DNA of 62,961 nt, filler included, from Globobulimina sp. (GCA_003354225.1; 34 parts of 34 records of this genome joined end to end with filler, not necessarily neighbours in it); one strand, 5' to 3'. Positions 46,382-59,092 are shown, counted from the first letter of the whole stretch. Notes: generated by a model from the sequence alone, not told the origin. Translations and numbers: made by a program.

Positions 46382-48133
46382 AAACAGTCTTTCGAAGATA
46401 ATAAACCTGAAACAATTGCACTACGCTTTAGCAACACCGATAACGCAGCTCAATTTTCGAAAACATATAAACAACTCACACCAAATCCAAATTGGCCTAT
46501 CGGTCCCACCAACATCCCACTTCCCAATATTCCCATGGCCAGCACAACGCAGTGGAGGTGCACCCAATGTACCTTTGAGAATAATATTTGGTCATCGACT
46601 TGTGTCATATGCTGCGCACCAAAATATGCAAAATATAATGTGCAGCTTTCCCCACACTCCTTTACCAAACCCGCAACAAAAGGCTGTTTCCAAATGGATT
46701 TGTTCAGTCTGTACATATGGCAACGAAGCAGATGCTCCGAAGTGTATTATGTGCACAGCAAATCCAACAATACCAACATGGAACTGTACGGTTTGCACTT
46801 TACCAAATTTACAAACTTCCTCCAAATGTGAAGCGTGTAACACATCGAAAAATGGTATGGCAGTTCTTCCAGCTCAGCAGACAATATATGGCAATAATTA
46901 TAATCCGGTGCACAAGTTTGACCCTTACAATATTTCAAAAACAGATATCAAAGTAAATTGTGACGAGGTTGGCAATGTACTGAGCACAGAATATGAATTT
47001 AAAAGAGCAGCCTGTCACATTGCATTGCGTTGTGACGATACCTTTGAAATCTTCAAGACATTGATGTCTGTGATTGACAAATTAGCAACAAAACACGATC
47101 CGCGATACAGAACATTGGACACAACAAATCCTAAAGTTGTGGACAGATTGCTTAACGTTGAAGGAGTTGTGGAATTTTTAGCTTTGTTAGGATTTGAGTC
47201 TGATGCAGTGACACAGAAATTGCATTGCATTAAGAAACCACATGTATACATTCTAAGGAATGCAATGAATGCTTTGAGTTTATATCAATTGAGATTTGGC
47301 GTCGGCCGAGTTACTGTGGCGACGAATGGAAAAGAAAAATTTGTTCAATTCAATCAACTGTTACTCAAAATGGATGAAGTGGTGGTATTTGGATACGTTG
47401 GTAATTCATTACCAATTGAATTAATTCAATTATGTGCGGTATTTTATTTGGGAAAGATTTTAACAGTGATCAGAACGGATGGAAATGGACGGGACGATGG
47501 AAGATTGTCAATCGAACAAATTGTTGATTGGGCCACCAATTATACCGAATCGGAGCATAAAACTATGGAAACCATAATAATTACACATAAAACGTTTACA
47601 AATTCAATCGTTTTGCTGAAATGTTTAAGAAAAATGTTCGTAGACTCAATATCTGAGCATAGGACCCAAGAAATAAGATGTAATATACTCCGTGCTTTGC
47701 AAATGTGGATAACTGCATATTGGAAACACGATTTTATGGATAACCATCGAGCAAAGAAAGAGTTAACAGCATGGTTTGAGGAACTATTAACTGATACATT
47801 TGAAGAAAATGTTACAAACAATACATTGATAAAGTTAATATCATCGATATCAAATCAATATAATTCATTGAAAGTATTGAGATATAAAGCAAGTAAGCAA
47901 CGTGAGTTAGTTTCGTTGGTTGACGACAAAAACAGAGAAAAGGATGAATTATTGCTTTGTGGATATATTCGAAATGAATGTTGGATGCCACTGGAATTAA
48001 GCGAAATATGTTTACGATTTTATCATGAAAATATTGAAGTTTCTGCAAAAATGAAAACAAAATTTGATGCATTTAAGTTCTCTGCAGAGGACTTAGCGAA
48101 TCAACTCACATTAATTGATAAATATATATTTGA
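46382..48133 (+). CDS. Multidomain RasGEF: RanBD end, 3 RanBP2-type zinc fingers, PUB, REM, start of CDC25 domain; one frameshift; partial
   Basis: SFEDNKPETIALRFSNTDNAAQF; WRCTQCTFEN..CVIC, WICSVCTYGN..CIMC and WNCTVCTLPN..CEAC; PRYRTL..TNPKV...VEFLALLGF; ITHKTFTNS..LL...LQMWI..YWKHDF; FSAEDLANQLTLID. Frame change at ~46640-46670. Confidence 0.82.
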
Positions 48134-48473
48134 NNNNNNNNNNNNNNNNNNNNNNNNNNNNNNNNNNNNNNNNNNNNTTAATTAATTAANNNNNNNNNNN
48201 NNNNNNNNNNNNNNNNNNNNNNNNNNNNNNNNNAAATATCACTCACTCCTCAAAAGCAAGGGAGCTGGTCTCGCCAAATTAAAATTAAATTATTAAACCA
48301 AGATGTAATATTATAAATGATCATGTTTCAAAATTAATGGTTAAACTATAATTATCAACCAAACCAAGTAATTTTTTTCAAACAAAAAGAAAATAAGACG
48401 TTGCAAACAATCAAATTAAAAGATTATTATACGAAAATATGAAATTCATCACAATTTAATCACACACAAAAAC

Positions 48474-49987
48474 TTAGTCAGCTTGCAATCCAATATTATC
48501 TGAAGATAACTGTCGTTGTTGTTGTACCATTTCTTTATGATATTCTTCATCCACTTCAAACTTTTCCAATGCCAACCTATCCTCAACTTGCTCCTCTGTA
48601 AAAAATGCCACATCCTCACCATCCCGATCCTTTCTTATCGTCGGTGGAGCTCTTAACCTTTTCCTTTTTGCTTTTGCCGCATTGCTTTTTCTCGTTTGTA
48701 TCACACAAAACGCAATAAATCCGCTCCAAATGCCACAGACAATAATAACACCGCCGAGCACCAAACCAAAATATAAATCAGTAATACCATATGAACACAG
48801 TGCATCATTGCTAGTCCAACCTATTTGCGTCGACCATGTGGCGCCGTCATTGGCCTTCTCGCATGCACCAGGTTCCACATACGGCACTTTCAAATAGCAA
48901 CAAGTCGCAATAGCGGCCATATTCGCCTCAGCTGCACCAAACCTGGCGGCCACCACACACTCATTATTCTCGTCAATATACCATGTATTTGGTTGTTCCG
49001 TGACCGAATAGGCAATGCATGCCGTCATAAATGATGGGTTTACGGTCGAAGTCTCACACGAGACACTATCAGCAGCCATTACATAATAACATCTCATCTC
49101 TAAGTTTGCATTTGATTGGGTCGGTGATGCAGTAGTATCTGGTAAAGGCGATCGAGTCGGCGAGGGAGTCGGAGCAGGTGTGGGTGCTAAGGAAGTAGTG
49201 GTGGTTGGAGCATCTGTCACAGTTTCAGTGGGACAATTTCCACCTCGACCCACAAACTCAAACTACATATAATCAAGTAAAAAAAGCTACAGTTCTGCTT
49301 CCATTTTAGCAAGGCGTCATGGTTTAAGATAATTCAAAAAACTGTCACTCACTTACTCATCATGACAGCTTGCACAATTTCATACATTTTTGCACTTACC
49401 TGTATAGAATCAATTCCAAATCCATCAGCGACGCCCATAAATCCAACCAATCCCGCTGGCTCCTGGGAGCAAAATGAATAATCCAATGTGTTATTTGGAT
49501 ACAATGCAGCATCGTTTTCATATAATTTATTTTGGAAAGCTCGACTATTATCTTCTGCCATGGATATATGACAGGTATAATTATCGACATTTAGTTCATC
49601 CCCGCTCGGTATACTGGACTCATCGATTTTATTTCGAAAGATAGTCATTCCTTCAATCACTTGCGTGCTTTCATCGACATACACATGGATTTTGGCGATA
49701 TTATTTTCTCCATTCGTTGCTGGCACATCCTCACAAATCGGGTTTTCCGTCGCATTTGTATCCGGCAAATAAATCTCCCCATATTCTGATGTAAACTCAT
49801 ACCCACTGCGTAATTTATAATTTTTAATAGTAAAATAATATTTATCTGCATCCTTATCGATTATTGTCTCAATCGGGCCTGTCTTAGGGATATAGGTTCG
49901 ATTTATATTGCTGACGCCCCAATGAATAAACTCTACGATGCCATTGCCAGTGTCGTCAAAATACACTGTTGGTTGTGGTGAGGGAGG
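48474..49987 (-). CDS. Single-pass membrane protein with jacalin-like domain and Pro/Thr stalk, 5'-partial
   Basis: Intron 49263-49399 gives GLVGFMGVADGFGIDSIQFEF (beta-prism-like), then PTPAPTPSPT and a TM helix. Confidence 0.65.
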
Positions 49988-50087
49988 NNNNNNNNNNNNN
50001 NNNNNNNNNNNNNNNNNNNNNNNNNNNNNNNTTAATTAATTAANNNNNNNNNNNNNNNNNNNNNNNNNNNNNNNNNNNNNNNNNNNN

Positions 50088-51025
50088 TACCGACCATACA
50101 TATTCACGCCGCCACGTATAATGCACTGACAATTCTGCTCAAACTGCACTGTGTCATCACGAAACATCACGGCCGCCTCCATATTCTGCACAATAGCGAT
50201 ATTCTCCTCGCTCTCCTCGCTCTGCGCGATGGTTATATGTGCAATATAACTCGGTTTGTGGTTGTTTACACCGAAAGAATATTTATCTATTTTGTGACTG
50301 TGAGCAGCGCCAAGAGGCATATTTGCCATATCATCGTCGGAATCGTTGCAGTTCTCCTTAGTATCAGTGATCGGATCGATATTTGGCTGCATGAATAATA
50401 ATTGCAAGGCGAATAAGACGTCGTTTAGCGACAACACAGCCTTCCAATCAGAGGACAAAATCGGCAGTCCGATATCGAGTGTATTTAAATTGATATTTGG
50501 ATGGAATATGGGGTGGCAAGCCTTGATTTGCGGGGGGGAGTAGGGGTAGTTTTTGTCGATGCTTATGTCGAAGGAAAAGGTCCCGCCACGGTAGTAACCC
50601 TCGGCGGGCGAGATGGCGCATTGGAAGTTATGCAAACGCGATGATAAATGGATGGTGACTATGGTGCCGCGAGCACACCATTTTGAATCGGAGATTTCTT
50701 TCAAGTCTTTGACGACGCGCAGTTCCTCTTTGGTCAGTTTGTCGTGGAGGTCGATGGGAGAGTTTGTGTTGGATTTGGAGCGGCGCGTTTTTTTGCGATT
50801 GCGTTTGGACTCGTTTCGTTTGGCGAGCAATAAGGAAAATAGCGTGCGGGGCTTATGTGAGGTGTCTATTTGCATGGAGTCTTGATATACAATCGGTTGC
50901 AGTGTGTTTGTGTTTGTATCTGTGTTCCCGGCGTTGGTGATCATCATTGCGTTTGTTTGCTGGGATTGGTGTGTCTTTTGGGAGACGTTTGTGTTGAAAT
51001 TGTCTTCATCACAGTCCATTGACAT
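50088..51025 (-). CDS. Ubc12/UBE2M-like E2 lacking the catalytic cysteine, 3'-partial
   Basis: ELRVVKDL, ISPAEGYYRGGTFSF...YPYSPP, FHPNINLNTLDIGLPILSSDWKAVL, LLFMQPN and NMEAA...RGG. Confidence 0.82.
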
Positions 51026-51066
51026 GCTTTAAAAATTAAAGAGTTTTTGAAGAGTCAAAAAAAACA

Positions 51067-51841
51067 TCACAATTTAACAACCAGTCGAGCGAGTTTCTTA
51101 TTCATTCTGTCAATGATAGGAAATGTACTGTATTGAAGCAATAAAACTCTCCGCATTCTATCTGATAAATTACAGTTTGATTTATGAAATGTTAACGAAG
51201 TAAATATTATCATATCGCCTGCTTTGGGAAATAATTCCATTTTCTTTTTGTCAAATATGTTTTCCTGTTTTTCCGATTCGAATATTTTCTTTTCATCCGG
51301 TTCATCGTTAATATTAATATTCTTTTCCATATTTTGCAACCTATCGATTTCCTCCTTTTTTAATAATAACGATGCTTTTCGCCATGAATTTATATTTAAA
51401 GAATTCTCAAAAGGTAACATAAAAATGGAGCCATTCTGTTGTGAAATATCATCCATTGGAATCCATACAGAAATATTGAGGTATGGTTGAGATAAATATT
51501 CAGAGTCTTGATGCCATACAAATTGTGTATTATTACTATTGGATGGTTTTACGACGTATTGCTCATTCAATAAAAAAATGTGTTCGGAATTAGTTAATTT
51601 GCGTAGCATATTTTTTATGTGTTTGCCGACAATATATTTTGAGACAATTTCATTTAATTTTAATCTCTTTCTACATTCACAATATGAGGATGCCAAATAT
51701 AATCCATTGGGAATGTTATGCGTTGCTTCAATAATACATCCTGTGCTGTTTGTAAATGCTGAATTTCCATGGCCGTATTTATGAGCACTTCCAATCAATA
51801 ATTGATTGCATTCTTTTTGCAGTGCAGCAATCACATCTGAA
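51067..51841 (-). CDS. Phytanoyl-CoA dioxygenase (PhyH) family 2OG-Fe(II) oxygenase, 5'-partial
   Basis: WHQD, VWIPMDD...NGS...LP and KAGDMIIF...HKS..N.SDRMRR. Confidence 0.88.
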
Positions 51842-52233
51842 NNNNNNNNNNNNNNNNNNNNNNNNNNNNNNNNNNNNNNNNNNNNTTAATTAATTAANNN
51901 NNNNNNNNNNNNNNNNNNNNNNNNNNNNNNNNNNNNNNNNNGTTTGTTTATGACACTGTTTAAATGGACTCTGAAAAAAGTCCAAGTTTTACAATATTCC
52001 AAAACAATATATAAGATACTGTTCAGCAAAACCTAGTATACCGAATATTGTTTTGATACGTATGTTCAGTATCTCCGATCATTCAATGTATTTATTTTAA
52101 TGCTCGGAGATAGTGCATTTTATGTATGAAAGTGTGACATGCAATGATCGAAAATTCACAGCAACTGCAAGGGACAGTACATGGACTTTTCACTCTCATT
52201 AGAAAGTAGTTTTATTTTATACAACATTCCAAT

Positions 52234-53413
52234 TCATTTTTTATAATATTGTTTACTGTTCACAGGTTTCACAACTTTAGTCAGTTTAATCGGTGTAGCA
52301 AACAACAATTTAATGGTTTCATCGTTTGGATTCTGTGTCAAATATTCCTTCTGCACCTTTGGTATCACAATCTCAATAATATTTGAAAATTTATTTTGTA
52401 GTTTTATCACATTTTCCTGCCACGACCATCTCACTTTATTTGCTATAGTTTGCTTATACTGTTTCCAATCTTTATCCTTTTGCTGTAATAACTTCTTTTC
52501 CTCTGCCTATGCATGTGATGCGTGTACATGTGCCATGAGAGTGAGTGCAAGGATACAAAAACGAAAAAAACACACAAACTTTTAATTTCAATGCAGAAGC
52601 ACCACAATCACGTTGAATTTGCGCAAATTGTTTACTGAATTTATCCTCCAATTTTTTCCGCATAGTCGTCTGCGTCTTGTCATTATATTGCGACAATTTT
52701 TTCAACATTAACATTAAGTGTCCTTTGCATGTATTCTCATCGGATTTCACCTGCGATTTACAGCCATGCGCAGTGGCATTTTGCTGTGCGTTTACATGTT
52801 TTATTTGTTTTACTTTCATAGGGCGTGAGATCTGTTTTATAGCGGCCTTTTGCTGCGTGATTATAGGCAATGGGATCGGAGGGATTTTGTTTATGATTGC
52901 GGAGATTTTCGGAGTTTTTAGTTTTAATGTTTTTGTTTGTTTTAGTTTGGTATTGATAGCAATCGTGTTTTTATCTAGTGTTATAATGGCATTTTGATTG
53001 AATATTTTTTTTGTTTTATGGCAAATCGCGGATAATTTCTCAAATGATTTTGGTAATATGCCGTGATTGTGTTTGGCTATGATATTCATTGCACATTTTT
53101 TAATTTCCTGTGGGTTGTATGGTGTTTTGGGTTTGGTGTGGTTTGAAAACCAAAATGGTTGTGATTTTGAGAAATATGAGGTCATCCAATCAGATATTTC
53201 ATGCCAGTCTTGGGTGTTAAATAACGATGCATCAAGATCGGGATTTATGGTATAAAATTTGCAAACATCTTCGTGCACAATTAATTCCATGATACAATAT
53301 AGCTCCATTGCCGACCATCTCCTTTCATGTTTATTATAACTAGTTTTTTGTCGCTTTTCTGGATTGTGCTGCAAACACACTTCATCTTTGTGTTCAAGTG
53401 TACGCTTTGACAT
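52234..53413 (-). CDS. Hypothetical nuclear protein (possible Myb/SANT-like N-terminal domain, coiled-coil C-terminus)
   Basis: Intron 52507-52579 joins the two ORFs in frame. RRWSAMEL...DWHEIS. Confidence 0.55.
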
Positions 53414-53795
53414 TATGCAGACTACACTCACTAAAAAAACTTTTTATTTTTACTGAAAACAAGTAACTTGTGATATCTGCATTGCATTATACACAAAGTT
53501 ACACGGATTATGTATTTTATTTACGGATAATGCCACATATATGGCAACGTCCATAAACCAAATACTGATTTTTTATTGTATACCGAGTCGAAGAAGAAGA
53601 TGCAAAATATGGATCTATTTGAAGTAAACAACATACTTGCAAACAATGTTATTTATAAATATTATTAGGCCTGCATGTTTTTCCATCTTTTTAATNNNNN
53701 NNNNNNNNNNNNNNNNNNNNNNNNNNNNNNNNNNNNNNNTTAATTAATTAANNNNNNNNNNNNNNNNNNNNNNNNNNNNNNNNNNNNNNNNNNNN

Positions 53796-54372
53796 TGGTG
53801 CAGCCATCACAATGTTAAGTTGTTAGAATGCAGACGAGGAATGGTGGTGGATTCAGAATTATGGAAATAGAGCAAATATATTGATTATGACATTGATTGA
53901 TTCGATGGATTGTATTCGATTTTGGAGTAAGACGGTGGATATAAGTAAGTGGAATTGGGGGTCGTTGCATGAGCTCGAAGTGGCACATCCAATTTCAGCC
54001 AAGTTGGGACCAAAGCCATTTGATTCGGAAATTTATAGTGTTGGTGGGTCGCATCATACGCTGAGTATGTTTCGACCAAATTGTGATGGAATTATTGAGA
54101 ATCCAATGAAAGTGAAAAGGAGTGGTGCGCCGGTTTGGCGACAAGTCATTGATTGTTCGGATTGGAGTAAATCAAAATGTGTGTTGCCATTGGGGACCTC
54201 TGGTCAAGTCGGCTCGCCATATTATCAAAATCAGTTGAAATTATTGGCGGATTCTCAATATATACCAATGTTATGGACTAAAAAAGATGTTGATAACAAT
54301 ATAGCATCGCTATTAAAATGTGATCCATTGCGGAATATTGAGGATGATAAATCAAACTGTCATATATTGTGA
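53796..54372 (+). CDS. Penicillin acylase family (Ntn hydrolase, peptidase S45) beta-chain C-terminus, 5'-partial
   Basis: WNWGSLH...HP, GGSHHTL, WRQVID, GTSGQVGSPYYQNQ and YIPMLW. Ends ...SNCHIL*. An in-frame TAG or frameshift lies at ~53824. Confidence 0.85.
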
Positions 54373-54649
54373 ATCGTTTGTTGTTTGTTTGACTGTATTT
54401 GAGAGACTGAGGGAGATGTTTTGGTTCTTTTCTTTTTGAGTTTTTGGTTCTTTTTTTAACTTAATTTACTGAAGTCTATCTTGCAAAAATCTATCTTGAC
54501 TGAAAAACTATTTTGAAACGAATTTGTGCTACATTTTGGCGGAGATTGTTATAACAAAACAATACAAGAATACACAACTCAATTCTGATACAATGAATTA
54601 TAATTATTACATTAATCATACATATATATCGTGGATGGAATAAATGAAA

Positions 54650-55123
54650 TTATTTTGCACTCTTTTTTGCTTTCTTTTTTTTTAGTAACTCTTGATTAAG
54701 ATGTGGAACATTCCCTGAACCAGGAAATACAACGCCATGTAAAAATTCATTCAATTCATCATCTTTTCTGGCCGCAAGCATTATATGTCGAGGCTTTATT
54801 TGTACTTTTTTCATGTCTTTGGCCACGAGGCCACTGACTTCGATTAATTCTGCCACCATATACTACAAACGGTGTATGGATAGAATTTGAATTAATTAAT
54901 GATGAGATGGACAATTAACTTCTAAGGTGGCAGATAATACAACAGCGGCGATTGGTGATACTCGCGGGGTGTATTCCCCCTCTTTCATCTGTCTTAAAAC
55001 CCTCGCAACGCTGAATACAAGTCCTGCTCTTTGTGTTTTTGAGATGCGACTTTTTTTCACAACTAATGCTTTTCCTCTTCCTTTTCCTTTTCCTGTTTTT
55101 GGACCTTTCCATTTTCCTGACAT
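54650..55123 (-). CDS. H2A: Divergent histone H2A
   Basis: Intron 54863-54919. RAGLVFSVARV, LEYMVAELIEVSG, IKPRHIMLAARKDDELNEFL and GNVPHLNQELL. Confidence 0.92.
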
Positions 55124-55341
55124 ATTTTCCAAATTGATCTCGTTGATGATCAAATTTAGACAGTTGGATTGGATCTGATCGGGTTTGTTCGGTCTGGAGC
55201 AGAATGGTGATTATTCTGCAAAGTGTAAAAACGCGTTTTCTGGAAAAGTTTGCTCCAAAGTAAAACAAAATTGTGTTCGCAACGAAAATATATACAAGAA
55301 ACACAATCAAAACACTAAATATTTATTTTTTTCGTTGTATT

Positions 55342-55549
55342 TTACATCGATAACATCCCCAAAACCAAGTTAACCAAGCCAATGACTACAAAAACACCAC
55401 TTCTGGCAACACCTCCAGTAACATCAACAATCACTGCGACACACATTCCATATTCATATCCAATGCCATTATATTCACCGTCGTCTTGTGTCTCACAATT
55501 ATAAGTAGCATCTCCTACAGCCACTGGACAATCAGTATTATCATCACAT
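55342..55549 (-). CDS. C-terminus of a Cys-containing surface protein (hydrophobic tail), 5'-partial
   Basis: Open from the contig edge and ends with hydrophobic VFVVIGLVNLVLGMLSM. Confidence 0.4.
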
Positions 55550-55650
55550 NNNNNNNNNNNNNNNNNNNNNNNNNNNNNNNNNNNNNNNNNNNNTTAATTA
55601 ATTAANNNNNNNNNNNNNNNNNNNNNNNNNNNNNNNNNNNNNNNNNNNNC

Positions 55651-57402
55651 AAAAACAGCAAACAGGATTTCAGAGTGTCGGCCAACGCCGCAAATAATGC
55701 CTTTAAACCACCTGCTTTCCATCCACATATTTTTAATGTGAGCGGTTCCAATGTGGTGCCCGGTTTGCATGGCGACGATGGATTGTCTTTGGGCCAAATG
55801 GGCGGCCATTTTCTGTACAACTCAAATGTGGAAGAATCGGAATGCAGTGATTATAACTCTGAGTTTGATGCATTAGGCATTATGTCGCCGGCGGCAGACG
55901 GCACTCAGTCGGATGCCAGCAATGTGCCATACTTTGCCTATTCTGGCGATATCGAGAATTTGTCTGTCGATTACACGGATTTTGAGGAAGACGAATTACC
56001 CAAAAACTTCTTTGAAATGAGCGAGGAAGAAAGGTTGCAATTTGCAAAGAAGAAACGCATCGATCCCTTGCTGATCGAGTTTCGATTTTCCATTTCGAGG
56101 CGCATTGATTGGGTCGATTGGAATTCTGAGGACGAAGAGGATGACAATGCGGACGCAATCAAAAACAAATTTGCTTTCAACAAACAACGCTTATTAATGC
56201 TGTGCAGGTTAATTCGCACCAAAACGCAGCAATATTCGTCGCGAAATGACATCGAAGCGAGCAAATATCAGTCATTGTGGTGCCAATATCGCGCCAAAAA
56301 CGAGGAAAACTGCAAACTGATGCAACAAAACACACATTTTGAAAAACTGTATGAAAAAACGGAAAACGACAAACGCGAATTAAGCAAAAATCTGAAACTA
56401 TTAAAAGGCGAATTGGCCGAAAAGAAGAAGCAATTAACGACGCTACAAAAACAACTCACAATTCGGAGGAATGAGTTAAACATAGAACGGCGAACTCAAA
56501 TTAATTTGGCGAGTGATCACAAAAAAGTGCACGCAAAATATGGCAGCAAATACATGAAAAAAATCCAGACTCAAATTATCAAAAATAACAAGAAAGATTT
56601 AAATGTCCGATTTAAGGAATTGGAGCAAGTCTTCACTGAGCAATGGCACAAATATCGAGATTTGGAGCAAATGATTGCAAAATACGAACAATTGATGCTC
56701 GAAAAGGACAATGAAGAGAGTGCGTTGCGCGAAGAGATCGAAAAAGAAGATGTGATGCGCAAAGAACTGTTATTTGAGCACAACTTAGAAATCAAAAAGA
56801 TTCAAGATTCGATGAAGAAGTCCGTCAACAAAGCCGATATGTGGAAAAGACGCGCCTTTGTCTACAAAAACGCAGTCAATTCGCTGATGGAAGAGGCGGA
56901 GTTTAATAATTTCAATGATGACTCGGATGCGGAGGAAAGCAAAAGTGCGCTCAGCGACAATCCACCACAATTTAAGCCGCCTCCACCTCCACCTCCACGG
57001 CCACGCAAAATGCACTTAGATGTGGATACGATGGCAAACAGCAAACTAAAGCCATTGAATTCATTGTCACCGCGGAGTATGGCCCGGTCCCTGGCGGAGG
57101 AAGAAGGGGCAAACATGGCCAAATCGCCGAGTTGGACCAAGCACAGAAAGGCCCGGCTCACTGTCGGTGCACCGCAGGAGGCTATGCACAAAAACAAAGC
57201 AAAAATGAAACAGAAAGCAGTCGTAAACAGGTTTGTCAGGACATGCTGTTTCAGTGAAAAAACCCTTTACTTTGACTGTGTAAAATCATGGCGAGCTTAA
57301 TTCTTTTTTTTTGCTCTACACAGAGGAAGAGAGAAACGCATAAAAACAAAAACAAAATCAAAATCAAGTTCCAACAGAAGAGCCATCTCACGTGTACAGG
57401 AT
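55651..57402 (+). CDS. Long coiled-coil protein with poly-Pro motif, partial
   Basis: More than 520 open codons, K/E-rich heptads and PPPPPPRP. Probable intron at ~57231-57323. Confidence 0.7.
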
Positions 57403-57502
57403 NNNNNNNNNNNNNNNNNNNNNNNNNNNNNNNNNNNNNNNNNNNNTTAATTAATTAANNNNNNNNNNNNNNNNNNNNNNNNNNNNNNNNNNNNNNNNNN
57501 NN

Positions 57503-59092
57503 TTAGTTGTTTTAGCTTTGGAATAATCAATATTCCGTGCATTTGTTTCCTTTAATAACATGGCAGATATAATTGCTCCAACTACCACCACGGGAATTAT
57601 TATGAGAGCATAATCATAATCATATTCAGTATATATTCGACCACCATCCTCATTTGTTTGACCATTTCTTTTGCTCCACATAATATCAAGCATTTCTCCA
57701 ATAAACAGATGGCCAACAAATCCCGCGGACATTTGCAGTGTATTTACCAATCCAGCAGCGGTATCTTTACATTTGTAATATGCATTGTACTCTCTTTGCA
57801 ACGCCCACATTAACCCCCAATTTCCAGCACCAATTCCAGAAATTAGATTTAACCCAACTACAAATATTAACATTGCTGACCCATTTAACAAGTAAATAAT
57901 TAATACTGTACATATATATAACATTGAGCCAATCAGTAGAAATATTTTACGTTTGGCAAATTCCATTGCAAGTTTGCCAATGATTGGAGCACTCACAGCT
58001 CGCGATAAGAAAAAAGAGCCAGAGATTAGAGTCGCGGTTTCTCGCTTATACTCAAATTTTACCATCAAATAACTTATAAACCACATTCCTGTTTATTTTA
58101 TTTTATTTGACTCAGTTACACATCAATGATATTATATAATTATATAAATAACCGTTAAATGAATTGATCAAAACCATGCCGCAAAAGCCCCACAATGACA
58201 ATAACCAATTCCATTTCAGACAAAGTGCCCTTTTGAATGACTGCTTCAGTTTATATAATGTAGTGTCACTAGTGTTAGATTCAGAATTTGTAGTATTTGA
58301 CAATAAATGTTCTTCGTCATTCGAATTTGTAGTATTTAGTTTATGCGAACTAATTAAAACAACAGATTTTCGAACTAATGGCATAAATAAAATATATAAT
58401 ATGTATGATTGAAAAATACGAAACCAAAAGTTCAAAAAAGGGTTGTTTTGATACCACGATGTTAATTGTGTATGTTCACTGAAACTATTTTTATTTTCTT
58501 CCATTGCATCAATATTCCCACAGCACAGCAACATACAAAATAAAATGGCGGCGAATATAGAAATGCAACCTAATGCAAAAAACATAGATCTCCAATCACT
58601 ATATTTGTCATAAATATAGGCTTGAATATAATTACCAAAGAAGACTCCAAAATAAGTGAAAAAGAGTTGTAGGCCCAATACAATTGGAAGTTGGTCTCGT
58701 GTGAATATGTCATCCATAATAGAAATGAAACCTAACCAGGCCGGGCCTTGAGTGATGCCGCCGACTGACGATAAAATTGTTGCATACTTAATTGTTGTTG
58801 AAAAGGAAAACAAAATGAGCGAACAACCAAATAGCATCGAGGCCGTTGGCAATACGTATTTTGCCGGAATAAATTGTAACATTATTCCAAATGGTATTTG
58901 CGTCATAAAATAAAATAAATAAATAAATGATCCTAATGTACCAACACCTGTTGCTGTTGTCTTTAAATCATGTTCTAAAACATCAATAATTGGTGATATA
59001 CTATTTCGAAAGAATATGCCATTAAAGAATATTGTCCATGATGTGAAGAATATCATTAATTTGTAACAACTCGGTAAACCACAAAAAGCCAT
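57503..59092 (-). CDS. MFS transporter, 3'-partial
   Basis: R.SISPIIDVL, YFMTQIPFGIML, intron 58089-58152 (NSFNG/MWFISYL), and TAAGLVNTLQMSAG. About 12 hydrophobic segments. Confidence 0.85.

Noticed and set aside
51067-51080. PhyH C-terminal VKL as a PTS1
   Set aside because: It is a non-canonical tripeptide and cannot be supported without a predictor or orthologues.
53814-53826. 13-nt micro-intron GTTAAGTTGTTAG that would restore the acylase frame
   Set aside because: It is shorter than any intron I can support and all others here are 56 nt or longer. An indel or stop is more parsimonious.
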